A stretch of DNA of 64,000 bases from Planctomycetota bacterium (GTDB lineage Bacteria > Planctomycetota > UBA1135 > UBA2386): the NCBI GenBank assembly GCA_046290465.1, contig JBKAGP010000001.1, positions 3,264,001 through 3,328,000 on the forward strand, written 5' to 3'. The position numbers and the translations under genes are program-made. Shown here piece by piece: positions 28,032 to 42,435 of this stretch; positions within the stretch are counted from its first letter, which is position 1, and the number at the start of each line of letters is the position of its first letter. The notes under the pieces were generated by a model. It made no database searches, had not been told where the DNA came from, and was given only the letters and a program-made list of their open reading frames with translations.

Positions 28032-29713
28032 GCTCACCTCGCCCACGCGTGCAGATCGCGGCGCTGGTGCGCACCTGGCTGCTGCTCGACTTCTTCGGCG
28101 ACGCCCGTCGCTCGGGCGGCGGCCACGGCAGCAGCCTGACGACGACGATCATGTGGCAGTCGCTGCTCGCGTTCGGGTTTGCGATGCTGCTCTACCCGGA
28201 CGTGCCGGTGATCCCGTTCGTCGCCGCCAACCTGTGCCTGTCGACCCTGTTGATCGGCATCGGCTCGCTCGGCGACGAAGAACGTCCGCTGCGGCTCGCC
28301 GCCGACGAGACCCTGCTCGCCGGTGCGCCGGTCTCCAACACGACCGTGGTGCTGGCGCGCAGCGGCCACGCGGCGTTCCACCTGGTGCTGGTGACGACCG
28401 GCATGGCGATCTCGCCCGCGATCCTGCTCGGCCACCTGACCGGCGATCCGCTGCAGTCGCTCGGCTACGTGCTCGCCGCGTGCGCCTGCACCGGCCTGAC
28501 CAATGCGGGCCTGGCGACGATGCGCGCGCTGCTGACGCGGATGTTCGGTGCCGCGCGCGCGACGCTGGCGATGGGAACGACCAAGGCGGCGCTGCTCGGC
28601 GGCGGCTTCGTGCTGTTTGCGCTCGCGCTGCGCACACTCGAGGGCACCGCCGACGACCTGCCGATCGGCCGCATCGGCGCCGAACTGCTGCCGCCCTACC
28701 ACGCGGCGCGGCTGCTCGCGGCCCCCGGCGGCGAGTCCTGGCGGTTGGCGCCGTGGCTGCTGCTGGTCGCTGCGATGCTGCTGCTCAACGTGCTGCTGCG
28801 CGCCGACAACGCCTCGGGCCGCACGCGGATCCGCGGCCGCCAGCCGCTGCTGCGGCTGCTCGCCGCGATCTCCGGACGCGGCCCGCGACTCGGCATCGCC
28901 GAGTTCGTCGCGCTGTCGATGTGGCGCAGCGCCGGCTTCCGCGCGCGCGTGCTGCCGCTGCTCGGGCTGCCGGCCGGCATGGTCTTCCTGACGCTCGGCG
29001 GCGACGACGGCGACGACTTCGTGCTGCTGTGCCTGCTGCTGATGCTGCCGGCGATCTACCTGCCGTTCCTGATCGCGTTCCTGCCGCGTGCCGATCAGGC
29101 CAAGACCGGCTGGGTGTTCGCGCACGCGCCGCAGCTGTCGCGCGACCTGGTCTCGGACGCGACCTGGCGCGCGCTGACGACCCACGTGCTGGTGCCGACC
29201 TACGGCATGGCGCTGACCCTGGTGGTCGCGTTCGGACCGGACCGACTCGACCGCGGTGCGGGCGCGGTGTTCGCGTTCGCGATGGCGGTGCTCGCCGCCG
29301 AACGCATGGCGAACCTCGACCGGGTGCCGTTCAGCGACGACCGCGAGGAGGACCGGGGCCTCGAACTCGGCAACCTGATGGCAGGCGCGCTGGCGCTCGG
29401 CGTGCTCGGCACGGCGTTCGGTGCGGGCGTGCCGGCGGCGCTGCGCTGGCCGGTCGCGGCACTGGCGCTGATCGGCGCGACGCTGCGGCTGCGCCGCCTG
29501 CCAGAACCCGACCCGCGCCTGCTGCTGGCCGACGCGAGCGACGAGAACCTGCCGGCAGCGCCCGCGGCGCCTGCGCCGGCCGAGACCGACGGCGACGACC
29601 CCCTGCCGACGCCAGCCGAGCCGACCCTGGGACGCGAATTGCGTGCCGTAGCGGTGCTCTATGTCGTGCTTTGCGTGCTCCCGTGGCTCGCGGGCGCCGT
29701 CTTTGCGGCATGA
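28028..29713 (+). CDS. Polytopic membrane protein (ABC-2 permease-like)
   Basis: Many TM segments, PFS motif; ATGA overlap with the FIST gene. Confidence 0.6.
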   Translation: MSSPRPRVQIAALVRTWLLLDFFGDARRSGGGHGSSLTTTIMWQSLLAFGFAMLLYPDVPVIPFVAANLCLSTLLIGIGSLGDEERPLRLAADETLLAGAPVSNTTVVLARSGHAAFHLVLVTTGMAISPAILLGHLTGDPLQSLGYVLAACACTGLTNAGLATMRALLTRMFGAARATLAMGTTKAALLGGGFVLFALALRTLEGTADDLPIGRIGAELLPPYHAARLLAAPGGESWRLAPWLLLVAAMLLLNVLLRADNASGRTRIRGRQPLLRLLAAISGRGPRLGIAEFVALSMWRSAGFRARVLPLLGLPAGMVFLTLGGDDGDDFVLLCLLLMLPAIYLPFLIAFLPRADQAKTGWVFAHAPQLSRDLVSDATWRALTTHVLVPTYGMALTLVVAFGPDRLDRGAGAVFAFAMAVLAAERMANLDRVPFSDDREEDRGLELGNLMAGALALGVLGTAFGAGVPAALRWPVAALALIGATLRLRRLPEPDPRLLLADASDENLPAAPAAPAPAETDGDDPLPTPAEPTLGRELRAVAVLYVVLCVLPWLAGAVFAA

Positions 29714-29794
29714 AGCTGGCGAACCGGGCTTCCCCCCGTTGTCACCGACTTCGCCGATCCCTACCCTGGGGGTTCTTCAGCCAAAGGAGCACCC

Positions 29795-30025
29795 ATGAAC
29801 GCCAAGACCGAGGTGATTCGTCAGGCCGCTGCGATGAGCACTGCTGACGATGGACTTGCGGCTGAGGGGGGACCGGACGACCAGACGACGCGCGCGCCCC
29901 GCGCCGCCGACGACCATGCCGACGCCGCACCGCAGCGGGTCAGCGTGGACCCGATGCGATCGACGGATCGCTACCGCCTGAGCCTGCCCGGCTCGGACGT
30001 TGCGCCCAACGGGCGATCCAACTGA
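29795..30025 (+). CDS. Small hypothetical protein
   Basis: AAGGAG RBS; 76 aa. Confidence 0.55.
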   Translation: MNAKTEVIRQAAAMSTADDGLAAEGGPDDQTTRAPRAADDHADAAPQRVSVDPMRSTDRYRLSLPGSDVAPNGRSN

Positions 30026-30070
30026 CGGCCGCCGTTCAGCCGCCGTCGAGCGAATGCCGATGGCGCGCAC

Positions 30071-30415
30071 ATGCAGCACCGTGAACGCAGAAGGTCGACC
30101 CGCGTGCGCGTCGTCGCGGTGGCGACCCTCGAGACCCAGGGGGCGCTGAGCTCCAACGACCAGGCCGTCTGCACCGTGCAGGACCTGTCGCGCACCGGGA
30201 TCGGACTCGAGACCGGCCAGCCCCCCATCAAGGGACAGGCGGTGGTGCTGCGCATCTCGCTCGACGACGAGACCCACGAACTGCGAACGCGCGCCGCCCG
30301 CGTGCAGGTGCAGCCCGACTCGCACTTCTACCGGATCGGTCTCGACTGGAGCGCCTGCTCCCGTTCCGAACTGGCGTTCTTGGATCGCGTGCTCGGCGTG
30401 CTGCAGGAAGGCTGA
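30071..30415 (+). CDS. PilZ domain protein
   Basis: RxxxR (ERRRSTR) and DxSxxG (DLSRTG). Confidence 0.85.
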   Translation: MQHRERRRSTRVRVVAVATLETQGALSSNDQAVCTVQDLSRTGIGLETGQPPIKGQAVVLRISLDDETHELRTRAARVQVQPDSHFYRIGLDWSACSRSELAFLDRVLGVLQEG

Positions 30416-30420
30416 GCCGC

Positions 30421-31440
30421 TCAGCCGACGTCGGGCACCAGGTCCTCGAACTCCTTCGGCAGCGGCGCCTCGATCGTCATGTCGCGCCCCTGCTTGGGAT
30501 GGAAGAACGTCAGCGACGACGAGTGCAACGCGTGGCGATCGAGCACCAGGGCCTCGCGGCCGGCGTCGTCGAGCTGGCCGGCGATGCCCTGCAGGAACAG
30601 CTGCTCGTCCGCGCCGTACAGCTTGTCGCCGACCAGCGGGCAGCCGATCGCCGCCATGTGCACGCGGATCTGGTGGGTCCTGCCGGTCTCGGGGCGTAGC
30701 TCGACCAGCGAGAACCGTTCGTTGCTGCGCACGACGCGGTAGTTGGTGACCGCCGACTGGCCGCTGCTGGACTCGCAGGTCGTCAGCTTGAGGCGCACCG
30801 CCGAGCTCTTGTCCGGCACGATGCCCCGATCGACGACGCCCTCCGGTCGGGCCGGGCGACCGTGCACGACGGCCAGGTAGCCCTTCTGCACGAGGCGGTC
30901 CTCGAACTGCTTGCGCACCTGATGGTGGAAGTGCTCGTCGAGGCCGACCGCGACCACGCCGGAGGTCTCGAGGTCGATGCGGTGCAGCAGGCGCGGCACG
31001 ACGTCGTACTCGGGCTGGTCCGGACGCCGGTAGCGACGGTGCAGTTCGTGGATCAGCGTGCCGTGCAGGTGACGCCCCGAAGGGTGCACGGCCATGCCGG
31101 GCGGTTTGTCGACCGCGATCATGCACTCGTCCTCGTAGAGGATCGGCAGATCGAAGCGCGCGTCCGGGTTGGGCTGCGCGACCGGGTCCTGCGGGATGTC
31201 GACCTCGATCGTGTCGCCGGCGCGAACCTTGCGCGACGGCGGCACGACGCGCCCCTGCAGGCGCACCTGCCCCTGCTCGATCATGCGTGCGATGCTCGAT
31301 CGCGATCGCCAGGTCAGCACCGCTGCCAGCGCGAGGTCCAGGCGCTGTCCCGCGGTGCGTGCGTCCACGAGGACGCGGACCTGTTCGAGCGGCTTGCTCA
31401 GGTCACGTGGACCTTCGCCGGGATAGCGTGGCAGGGACAC
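30421..31440 (-). CDS. rluD: RluA/RluD family 23S pseudouridine synthase with S4 domain
   Basis: RLD S4 domain, KPPGMAVHP, HRID catalytic Asp, TGRTHQIRVH. Confidence 0.85.
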   Translation of the reverse strand: MSLPRYPGEGPRDLSKPLEQVRVLVDARTAGQRLDLALAAVLTWRSRSSIARMIEQGQVRLQGRVVPPSRKVRAGDTIEVDIPQDPVAQPNPDARFDLPILYEDECMIAVDKPPGMAVHPSGRHLHGTLIHELHRRYRRPDQPEYDVVPRLLHRIDLETSGVVAVGLDEHFHHQVRKQFEDRLVQKGYLAVVHGRPARPEGVVDRGIVPDKSSAVRLKLTTCESSSGQSAVTNYRVVRSNERFSLVELRPETGRTHQIRVHMAAIGCPLVGDKLYGADEQLFLQGIAGQLDDAGREALVLDRHALHSSSLTFFHPKQGRDMTIEAPLPKEFEDLVPDVG

Positions 31441-31468
31441 GGGCCGCTCGAGCCGTCGGCTCGACGGA

Positions 31469-31876
31469 CTACGACTCCGAAGGAGTCGCGGCCGCGGCGG
31501 GCGCCGCGCTGGGAGCCTTCGCGGCGTCCGAACCAGGCGTGGTGTTCGCGGCAGCTTCGCTCGCGGCCTTCGTGTCGAGCGTCGTGTCGGCGGTCAACGG
31601 ATCGAAGTCCGGCTGGTTGTCGCGGCGCTCCTTGCCCTTGCCGCCGCGCGTGCGACGCTTCTTGCTGCGGCCGCCCGAGACGCCCTGGCGCTTCCGTTCG
31701 GCCATCATGATGTTGCGCTCACGCTCCCGACCCTCGCGGCGACGCTTGTCACTCGACTTCTCGTGGTAGGCGTGCTTCTTGGCGAGACGGAAGATGCCGG
31801 CGTAGTTGCACTGGCGCTTGAAGCGGCGGAGCGCAGCCTCGAGCGGCTCGTTCGGGCGGACCTGGACGCGAATCAT
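31469..31876 (-). CDS. rpsU: 30S ribosomal protein S21 with long C-terminal extension (135 aa)
   Basis: MIRVQVRPNEPLEAALRRFKRQC...YHEKSSDKRRR. Confidence 0.88.
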   Translation of the reverse strand: MIRVQVRPNEPLEAALRRFKRQCNYAGIFRLAKKHAYHEKSSDKRRREGRERERNIMMAERKRQGVSGGRSKKRRTRGGKGKERRDNQPDFDPLTADTTLDTKAASEAAANTTPGSDAAKAPSAAPAAAATPSES

Positions 31877-32047
31877 GCGGAGGGAAGGGAGGTGGAAGGA
31901 AGTAGGCTGACAGTTGCCCGCGCGGCTCCATGGCGCCGCTGGAGAGGCTGACGTATCGTTGCCAGACCTTCCCGATGGACGGACGAAAGGGCGCAACACC
32001 TTAGCGGATCGTCGCCACATGACAATACGGGTCGACGCCCAAGTTTG

Positions 32048-34300
32048 ATGAGCAGCGACGGTTCCAGCCGCGAAGTGACCCTCGAGGGCACGATCGAACG
32101 CTTCACCTTCCGCAACCCGGACAGCGGTTGGGCGGTGTTGCGGCTCGCCGAAGAAGGCACGGGCAAGACGGTTACGGCGGTCGGCCCGATGGCGCAGCTG
32201 AAGGAGGGCCAGCGCCTGCGGATCCGTGGCGAGGTCGACACCCACCCGAAGTTCGGCGAACAGGTCAAGGTCGACGCGTTCGAGGCGATCGCGCCGTCGA
32301 CCGCCGCGGGCATCGAGGCCTACCTGGCGTCGGGGCTGGTCAAGGGCATCGGCCCGGCGACGGCCGAGAAGATCGTCAAGGTGTTCGGCGACGCGACCCT
32401 GCAGGTGATCGAGGACGACCCGGAACAGCTGCGCAAGGTGAAGGGCCTCGGTCCGCGCAAGATCCAGGAGCTGTCGGACGCGGTGAAGGCGCAGAAGGAC
32501 CTGCAGAACGTGCTGGTGTTCTTGCGAGCCCACGGGCTCGGCGCCGGCCTCGCGGCGCGCATCGTCAAGCGCTACGGCGCCAACGCGTCGGCGCTCGTGC
32601 AGGCCAACCCGTATCGGCTCGCGGACGACGTGATCGGGGTCGGCTTCCGGATCGCCGACCGGCTCGCCGGCCAGATGGGCATCGAGCCGCTCGCGGCCGA
32701 ACGGCTCGACGCGGCGATGGAGTTCGTGCTCGGCCAGGGTGCTCGCGAAGGCCACTGCTACCTGCCCGAGGAGGTGCTGGTGCGGCGCACGGCCGAGCTG
32801 CTGGCGTGCGACGAGGAGGCGATCCAGAAGCGCCTGCCGCAGTTCGCGCTGAGCGGCCGGATCGCGCGGCAACTGCCGCCAGGTCCGGTGCTGCTGCACG
32901 ACGACCCGGCGCCGGTGGTGTATCCGGCTGCGCTGGTCGAAGCCGAGGACGGCACCGCGCGCGCGCTCGACGCACTGGTCAAGAGCAAGGCTGCGCGGCT
33001 GCCGGTGCAGCCGGAGTCGGCGGTGCGCTGGTTCGCACAGGTGTCGGGCATGGAGCTGGCCGAGCAGCAGCAGGACGCGATCGTTCGCGGTCTGCGGGAG
33101 CGCGTGTCGGTGATCACCGGTGGACCCGGCGTGGGCAAGACGACGATCGTGCGCGCGCTGGTGCAGATCCTCGGCCAGAAGGACCTGAAGGTGTCGCTCG
33201 CCGCCCCCACCGGCCGCGCGGCGAAGCGTCTCGAGGAGTCGACCGGCCACCACGCCAGCACGCTGCACCGGCTGCTGGAATTCACGCCGGGGGCCAACCG
33301 GTTCGCGCGCGACGAGGACAACCCGCTCGAGGGCGACCTGCTGGTCGTCGACGAGGCGTCGATGCTCGACGTGCAGCTCGCCCACTCGCTGCTGCGCGCC
33401 GTACCGCCGACGATGACGCTGGTGCTGGTCGGCGACCAGAACCAGCTGCCGTCGGTCGGACCGGGCAACGTGCTCGCGGACATCATCGCCAGCGGTCGGG
33501 TCACTTCGACGGCACTGACCCGCATCTTTCGCCAGCAGAACGACTCGGACATCGTGCGCGTCGCCCACGGCATGCTGACCGGCGACGTGCCGACCAGCGG
33601 CGGCGAGAACGGCGACTTCTTCTTCGTCGAAGCCGACGACACCCGCCGTTCGCGGGCGCTGCTGCGCGAGCTGATCGGCTCGCGCATCCCGCGCAAGTTC
33701 GGCCTCGACCCGCTGCGCGACGTGCAGGTGCTGTGTCCGATGTATCGCGGCGAGGTCGGCGCCGACGCGCTCAATCGCGACCTGCAGGACCTGCTCAATC
33801 CCGGCGAGATCGAGGTCGAGCGCAGCGGCAAGCGCTACCGCATCGGCGACAAGGTGATGCAGATCCGCAACGACTACGACCGCGAGGTGTGGAACGGCGA
33901 CGTCGGCCAGCTGACCTACATCGACACCAACGCCGCCAAGCTCTACGTGCGCTTTCCGGAGCGGGAGCATCAATACGGGTTCGAAGAGCTGGGCGACCTG
34001 ATCCCGGCCTATGCGATCTCGGTGCACCGCTCGCAGGGGAGCGAGTATCCGGCGGTCGTGATGCCGGTGACGACCGACCACTTCTTGATGCTGCGCCGTT
34101 CGCTGCTCTACACGGCGATCACGCGCGGCAAGAAGCTGGTCGTGCTGGTCGGATCGCGTCGCGCGCTCGAGATGGCGACGCGCAACAACGACGACGGCCG
34201 GCGATGGTCGGGGCTGTGCGAGCGGCTCCGGGATCTGGTCCGGCACGACGGGGTGCACCCGGCGGTGGACGACGCCCAAGAGGGAGGGCTCGAGGCGTAG
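32048..34300 (+). CDS. recD2: ATP-dependent RecD-like helicase RecD2
   Basis: HhH KGIGP, NPYRL, TGGPGVGKTT, DEASM, YAISVHRSQGSE, LYTAITR. Confidence 0.95.
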   Translation: MSSDGSSREVTLEGTIERFTFRNPDSGWAVLRLAEEGTGKTVTAVGPMAQLKEGQRLRIRGEVDTHPKFGEQVKVDAFEAIAPSTAAGIEAYLASGLVKGIGPATAEKIVKVFGDATLQVIEDDPEQLRKVKGLGPRKIQELSDAVKAQKDLQNVLVFLRAHGLGAGLAARIVKRYGANASALVQANPYRLADDVIGVGFRIADRLAGQMGIEPLAAERLDAAMEFVLGQGAREGHCYLPEEVLVRRTAELLACDEEAIQKRLPQFALSGRIARQLPPGPVLLHDDPAPVVYPAALVEAEDGTARALDALVKSKAARLPVQPESAVRWFAQVSGMELAEQQQDAIVRGLRERVSVITGGPGVGKTTIVRALVQILGQKDLKVSLAAPTGRAAKRLEESTGHHASTLHRLLEFTPGANRFARDEDNPLEGDLLVVDEASMLDVQLAHSLLRAVPPTMTLVLVGDQNQLPSVGPGNVLADIIASGRVTSTALTRIFRQQNDSDIVRVAHGMLTGDVPTSGGENGDFFFVEADDTRRSRALLRELIGSRIPRKFGLDPLRDVQVLCPMYRGEVGADALNRDLQDLLNPGEIEVERSGKRYRIGDKVMQIRNDYDREVWNGDVGQLTYIDTNAAKLYVRFPEREHQYGFEELGDLIPAYAISVHRSQGSEYPAVVMPVTTDHFLMLRRSLLYTAITRGKKLVVLVGSRRALEMATRNNDDGRRWSGLCERLRDLVRHDGVHPAVDDAQEGGLEA

Positions 34301-34388
34301 GCGCGGCGTGGCGCCTTGTCGGTTGCTCGCAGGCCCGTGCAGGTGCAGCGTTGGCCCCTTGCAGGCGCCGGGCAGGCGCTCGATGCGC

Positions 34389-35255
34389 CTACAGGCCCAG
34401 CGCCGCGTGCACGGCGAGCGTCGCCGACGAGCGGTTGAGCGTGTAGAAGTGCAGGCCGGGCGCGCCGAGCTCGAGCAGTTCGCGGCCCTGGTCCACGGCC
34501 CACTGCACACCGGTCGCGACGACCGCCGACGGGTCGCTCTCGACGATGCGCAGGCGGCGGTAGAGCTCCTGCGGGATGCGGGAGCCGCACATCTTGGTGA
34601 AGCGCTCGACCTGGGCGGCGTTGGTCACGGGCATCAGGCCCGGCACGATCGGGATCTGGATGCCGGCCGAGCGGGCGCGACGGACGAACGCCCGGTAGTC
34701 GGCGTTGTCGAAGAACAGCTGGGACACCAGGAAGTCCGCTCCCGCGTCGACCTTCTCGACCAGGTGGCCGAGGTCCTTCTCGAGATCTTCCGTCTCGACG
34801 TGCCCTTCGGGGTAGCAGGCTGCGCCGATGCAGAAGTCGAGGCCCGTCTCGCGGATGAAGGCCACCAGTTCGGTGGCGTAGCCGAAGCCCCCTGCCGTCG
34901 GCTTGAACTCGGTCTCGCCCTTCGGCGGGTCGCCCCGAAGCGCGAGCACGTTGCGGATACCCGAGTCGTGCAGCCGTTCGAGGGTCTGCCGGATCTCCTC
35001 CTTGGTGCTGCCGACGCAGGTCAGGTGGGCCATCGTCGTGATGCCCAGCTCACGCTGGATCCGGGCGACGAGTTCGAGCGTGCGGTCCCGCGTGCTGCCA
35101 CCGGCGCCGTAGGTCACCGACACGAAGGACGGCCGACACGGACGCAGGGCCTTGACGGTGCCGTAGAGCGCCTCCACGCCTTCCTCGGTCTTCGGAGGGA
35201 AGAACTCGAAGGAGATGACGGGGTCGCTGCCACCGAACAGTTCGACGATTTTCAT
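34389..35255 (-). CDS. metF: 5,10-methylenetetrahydrofolate reductase
   Basis: SFEFFPPK, VTYGAGGS, AHLTC, LALRGD, QLFFD, LHFYTLN. Confidence 0.96.
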   Translation of the reverse strand: MKIVELFGGSDPVISFEFFPPKTEEGVEALYGTVKALRPCRPSFVSVTYGAGGSTRDRTLELVARIQRELGITTMAHLTCVGSTKEEIRQTLERLHDSGIRNVLALRGDPPKGETEFKPTAGGFGYATELVAFIRETGLDFCIGAACYPEGHVETEDLEKDLGHLVEKVDAGADFLVSQLFFDNADYRAFVRRARSAGIQIPIVPGLMPVTNAAQVERFTKMCGSRIPQELYRRLRIVESDPSAVVATGVQWAVDQGRELLELGAPGLHFYTLNRSSATLAVHAALGL

Positions 35256-35312
35256 GCCACAGGCGAGACTAGGGGCGGGCCGTGGCGCTGCGCAACAGCA
35301 GCCCCGGGCAGG

Positions 35313-35355
35313 AAACGAAAACAGCTCCGCCGTCCTGACGGACGACGGAGCTGTT
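35313..35355 (-). terminator. rRNA operon terminator
   Basis: ACAGCTCCGTCGTC/GACGGCGGAGCTGT stem followed by TTTCGTTT on the minus strand. Confidence 0.8.
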
Positions 35356-35364
35356 GGAAGAATG

Positions 35365-35472
35365 ACCCGGCACTGACCTACTTTCGCGCATAGCACTATC
35401 ATCGGCCCAGACTGCTTGACTGCCGTGTTCGGAAAGGGAACGGGTATTTCCAGTCTGGTATGGGCACCGGGA
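35365..35472 (-). rRNA. rrf: 5S rRNA (short planctomycete type, about 108 nt)
   Basis: CCCGTTCCCTTTCCGAACAC and GTAGGTCAGTGCCGGG conserved motifs. Confidence 0.92.
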
Positions 35473-35581
35473 GGCGCTTGTCCACGCGGCGGACAGTCGA
35501 GCTGCCTCCGCGAGGAGATAAGAAGGGTTGGTGGAACGAGTCGTCGAGAATCTGCAGCTGCTGCTGCCAGCGAGTGAAAAT

Positions 35582-38500
<2,919 letters not shown>

Positions 38501-38547
38501 TGATTCTCACTCGAGATCCTCGACGATCTCGTTCCACCAACCCTACT

Positions 38548-38559
38548 TGTCAAAGAGCA
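38548..38559 (-). promoter_or_regulatory. boxA-like antitermination site in the ITS
   Basis: TGCTCTTTGACA on the minus strand; a related GATCTTTGGCA lies in the leader at 40488-40498. Confidence 0.6.
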
Positions 38560-38735
38560 CGTCGACTCGCACGGTGAGCTCTCGCTCGAACCGAACGCGT
38601 CGTGTTCGCTTCTCTCACCTCCGGGGAACGGTCGCTTCGACCTGGTCCGGAAGGAGAAAATAGGGTGGCCTCGAGAAGAGCGTGCAAGCCCCTGTGGTTA
38701 TCGGTGGATTAGAGGTCCACCGACAAGGTTCCTTA

Positions 38736-40291
<1,556 letters not shown>

Positions 40292-40538
40292 TGATGTTCG
40301 TTGAACAACACAGGGTCATTCTCTTTGGCTTTGTCGCTAACTCACACTCGAACGACAAGATGCTGATGCATCCCACCGCATTCCGAGCATGAGCGGCTTG
40401 CCGGTCCCCGCTGCCCGACGCAAGCGCCGGAAACCGCGAGAACCAACCTCAATAAGCTCACACGCTTACTTTCGAGGCCACCCAGAATGCCAAAGATCGA
40501 CCCCCGAAGTGAGTTTTGCTCGCTCAGGGGGGCGAGGA

Positions 40539-40567
40539 ACAGTAGCGAGCTAGTCGACTGCTCGCAA
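40539..40567 (-). promoter_or_regulatory. Candidate rRNA promoter
   Basis: TTGCGA-N17-TACTGT preceded by an A/T tract. Confidence 0.45.
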
Positions 40568-40664
40568 GCGTTGGCAAAAGGTTTTTTGCGAACAGTCTCA
40601 AGTGTCGTTGCTGAGGCCACTTAGGCTCGCCAGAACTTGAGCCCGTCGCGCGTCGGGGCGACGC

Positions 40665-41945
40665 TCAGAGACCCTCGATCCGACGCACCCGACCCGGGTT
40701 CCGCGCCCGGAGCGCATCCAGTGCAGCGCCCTCGGGGAGCCGAAGCTCGAAGGAGTCCAACGGCTTGTGGTCCAGCCCGTGGGCGACCACTCTCATGACG
40801 CGACCGTCGACCTCGGCGCTGCACCAGTGGTAGGCCTTCTCGAGCGCCTGGGCCTCGCGCCGCGCCCGCGGGTTCTCGCGGATGTCGTAGAGCCGCTTGC
40901 CGCCGCCGCCGCTCACAACCAACGGCACTGGAAGGGTTTCGCTCGGTCCGAACCGCTGGTAGCAGTGGTCGTGACCGCTCAGGTAGAGGCTGACCCCCCA
41001 CTTCTGCAGTTCCGGCAGCAGCGACACCAGCAGCTCCGGGTTGTCCCCCTGCCGCGACGCGCTGCGCATCGGAAAGTGGCTGGCGACGACGATCCACGGC
41101 TCGGTCCGCCGCTCCAGCTCGCGCAGCAAGAACGTGTGCGTCGGGTGCCCCTCCCGGTAGTGATCCCCGGTGAAGAACGTGTTGCAGTCGAGCGCGATCA
41201 CCCGCACCGACCCCCACGCAAACGAGAAGCTGCGCTCATCGCCGGTCACCTCGTTGGTCGGCAGCTCGAAGTTCGCCAGGATCTGCACGCCGGCGGCGTT
41301 CATCACGTCGTGGTTGCCGAGCACCGGATAGAGCGGGGCCTGGCGGATCAGTTCGCCGAACGGCCGAAAGAACCCGCTGCTGTAGTGCGCATGCAGGCCC
41401 TTGGGGTAGATCACGTCGCCCAGATGCAGGGCGAAATCCGGCCGATACTCCGCCATCGCCGCACCGACCTCGGTGACCGCCCCCTTGGTCGGCAGCCAAC
41501 CCCACCGGGCCGGCAGGTGCAGCAGCGGCGTCCGCTGCAGCCAGACCCACCAGGGCTGGTCGCCGCTGTCGCCACAGAACGCAAACCGCACCTTCGCGTC
41601 GTCGCTGGCTGGCGCGGTCCGGAACGTGCCCTCGATCGCGCCGCCGTCGCGCGACGCCAGCTGGTAGCGATACTCGGTCGCCGGCTCCAGGCCCTCGACG
41701 CGCAGCGCATGCCGCCGACCGACCTCACCGTGCGCGCTGGCGACGGCCTCACCGGCGGCGTCGTAGACGGTCAGGTGCTGCTGCTCGGGCTCCGCCGTGA
41801 TCCGGGCGACCGTGGCCGCGTCCGTGGTGACGTTCTGCACGTAGGCGCCCGTCCGCAGCGGCGGGTCGTCGAGCACGTTGATCCACAGGCAGCCGAATCC
41901 GGCCAGCCAGAGGATGCGGCGCATCCAGCGCGTTCGGGTCTTCAC
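40665..41945 (-). CDS. Purple-acid-phosphatase-like metallophosphoesterase with FN3-like N-domain
   Basis: GDSG, GDVIY, GNHD, SHFP, SGHDH, SGGGG. Confidence 0.88.
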   Translation of the reverse strand: MKTRTRWMRRILWLAGFGCLWINVLDDPPLRTGAYVQNVTTDAATVARITAEPEQQHLTVYDAAGEAVASAHGEVGRRHALRVEGLEPATEYRYQLASRDGGAIEGTFRTAPASDDAKVRFAFCGDSGDQPWWVWLQRTPLLHLPARWGWLPTKGAVTEVGAAMAEYRPDFALHLGDVIYPKGLHAHYSSGFFRPFGELIRQAPLYPVLGNHDVMNAAGVQILANFELPTNEVTGDERSFSFAWGSVRVIALDCNTFFTGDHYREGHPTHTFLLRELERRTEPWIVVASHFPMRSASRQGDNPELLVSLLPELQKWGVSLYLSGHDHCYQRFGPSETLPVPLVVSGGGGKRLYDIRENPRARREAQALEKAYHWCSAEVDGRVMRVVAHGLDHKPLDSFELRLPEGAALDALRARNPGRVRRIEGL

Positions 41946-42002
41946 ACCCCGGTTCTAGCCCACGCGGGCCGCCTGGACGAGCCCGTAAGGCGCGCCGACG
42001 GC

Positions 42003-42371
42003 CTAGTTGGGATGGTGGCAGGTCACGCAGGTGGTGATGCCGCCGCGCACCTTGAACTCGCCGCGGATCGTCAGCTGCCGCGGCTTCAGCAGGTCGACCA
42101 GGTCCGAGAAGATGTCGTTGGTGACCTTCTCGTGGAACGCGCCAACGTTGCGGAAGCTCCACAGGTAGAGCTTGAGGCTCTTGAGCTCGACGCAGAGCTG
42201 GTCCGGCACGTAGTCGATGAAGATCGTCGCGAAGTCCGGCTGCCCGGTCTTCGGACAGACGCAGGTGAACTCCGGGCACTCGAACTCGATCTCGTAGTCG
42301 CGACCCGGCTCCGGGTTGGGGAACGTCTCGAGCGCGGAGGTGTCGTGCGGGGCTGGCTCTGGCAACGGCAT
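42003..42371 (-). CDS. queF: PreQ0 reductase (type I QueF)
   Basis: [33 protein letters not shown]. Confidence 0.95.
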   Translation of the reverse strand: MPLPEPAPHDTSALETFPNPEPGRDYEIEFECPEFTCVCPKTGQPDFATIFIDYVPDQLCVELKSLKLYLWSFRNVGAFHEKVTNDIFSDLVDLLKPRQLTIRGEFKVRGGITTCVTCHHPN

Positions 42372-42435
42372 GCGCGGAGCGAAGCAGGTCAGCAGGCCGG
42401 GGGCAAGGATCGCCGGCCGGCAAACGCCGCGAAGC

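Noticed and set aside
31877..34510. 1013-aa ORF ending in S21
   Set aside because: The upstream part is antisense to recD2. Only 31469-31876 is rpsU.
35256..35364. SAM riboswitch upstream of metF
   Set aside because: The space is occupied by the rRNA terminator hairpin, and no SAM-I/II consensus is visible.
38501..38735. tRNA genes in the ITS
   Set aside because: No cloverleaf or T-loop/CCA pattern found; only processing stems and boxA.
42003..42435. queF as part of a 7-deazaguanine DNA-modification (dpd) system, or a preQ1 riboswitch
   Set aside because: No dpdA/tgt or other que genes are adjacent, and the 64-nt gap shows no preQ1 aptamer pattern.
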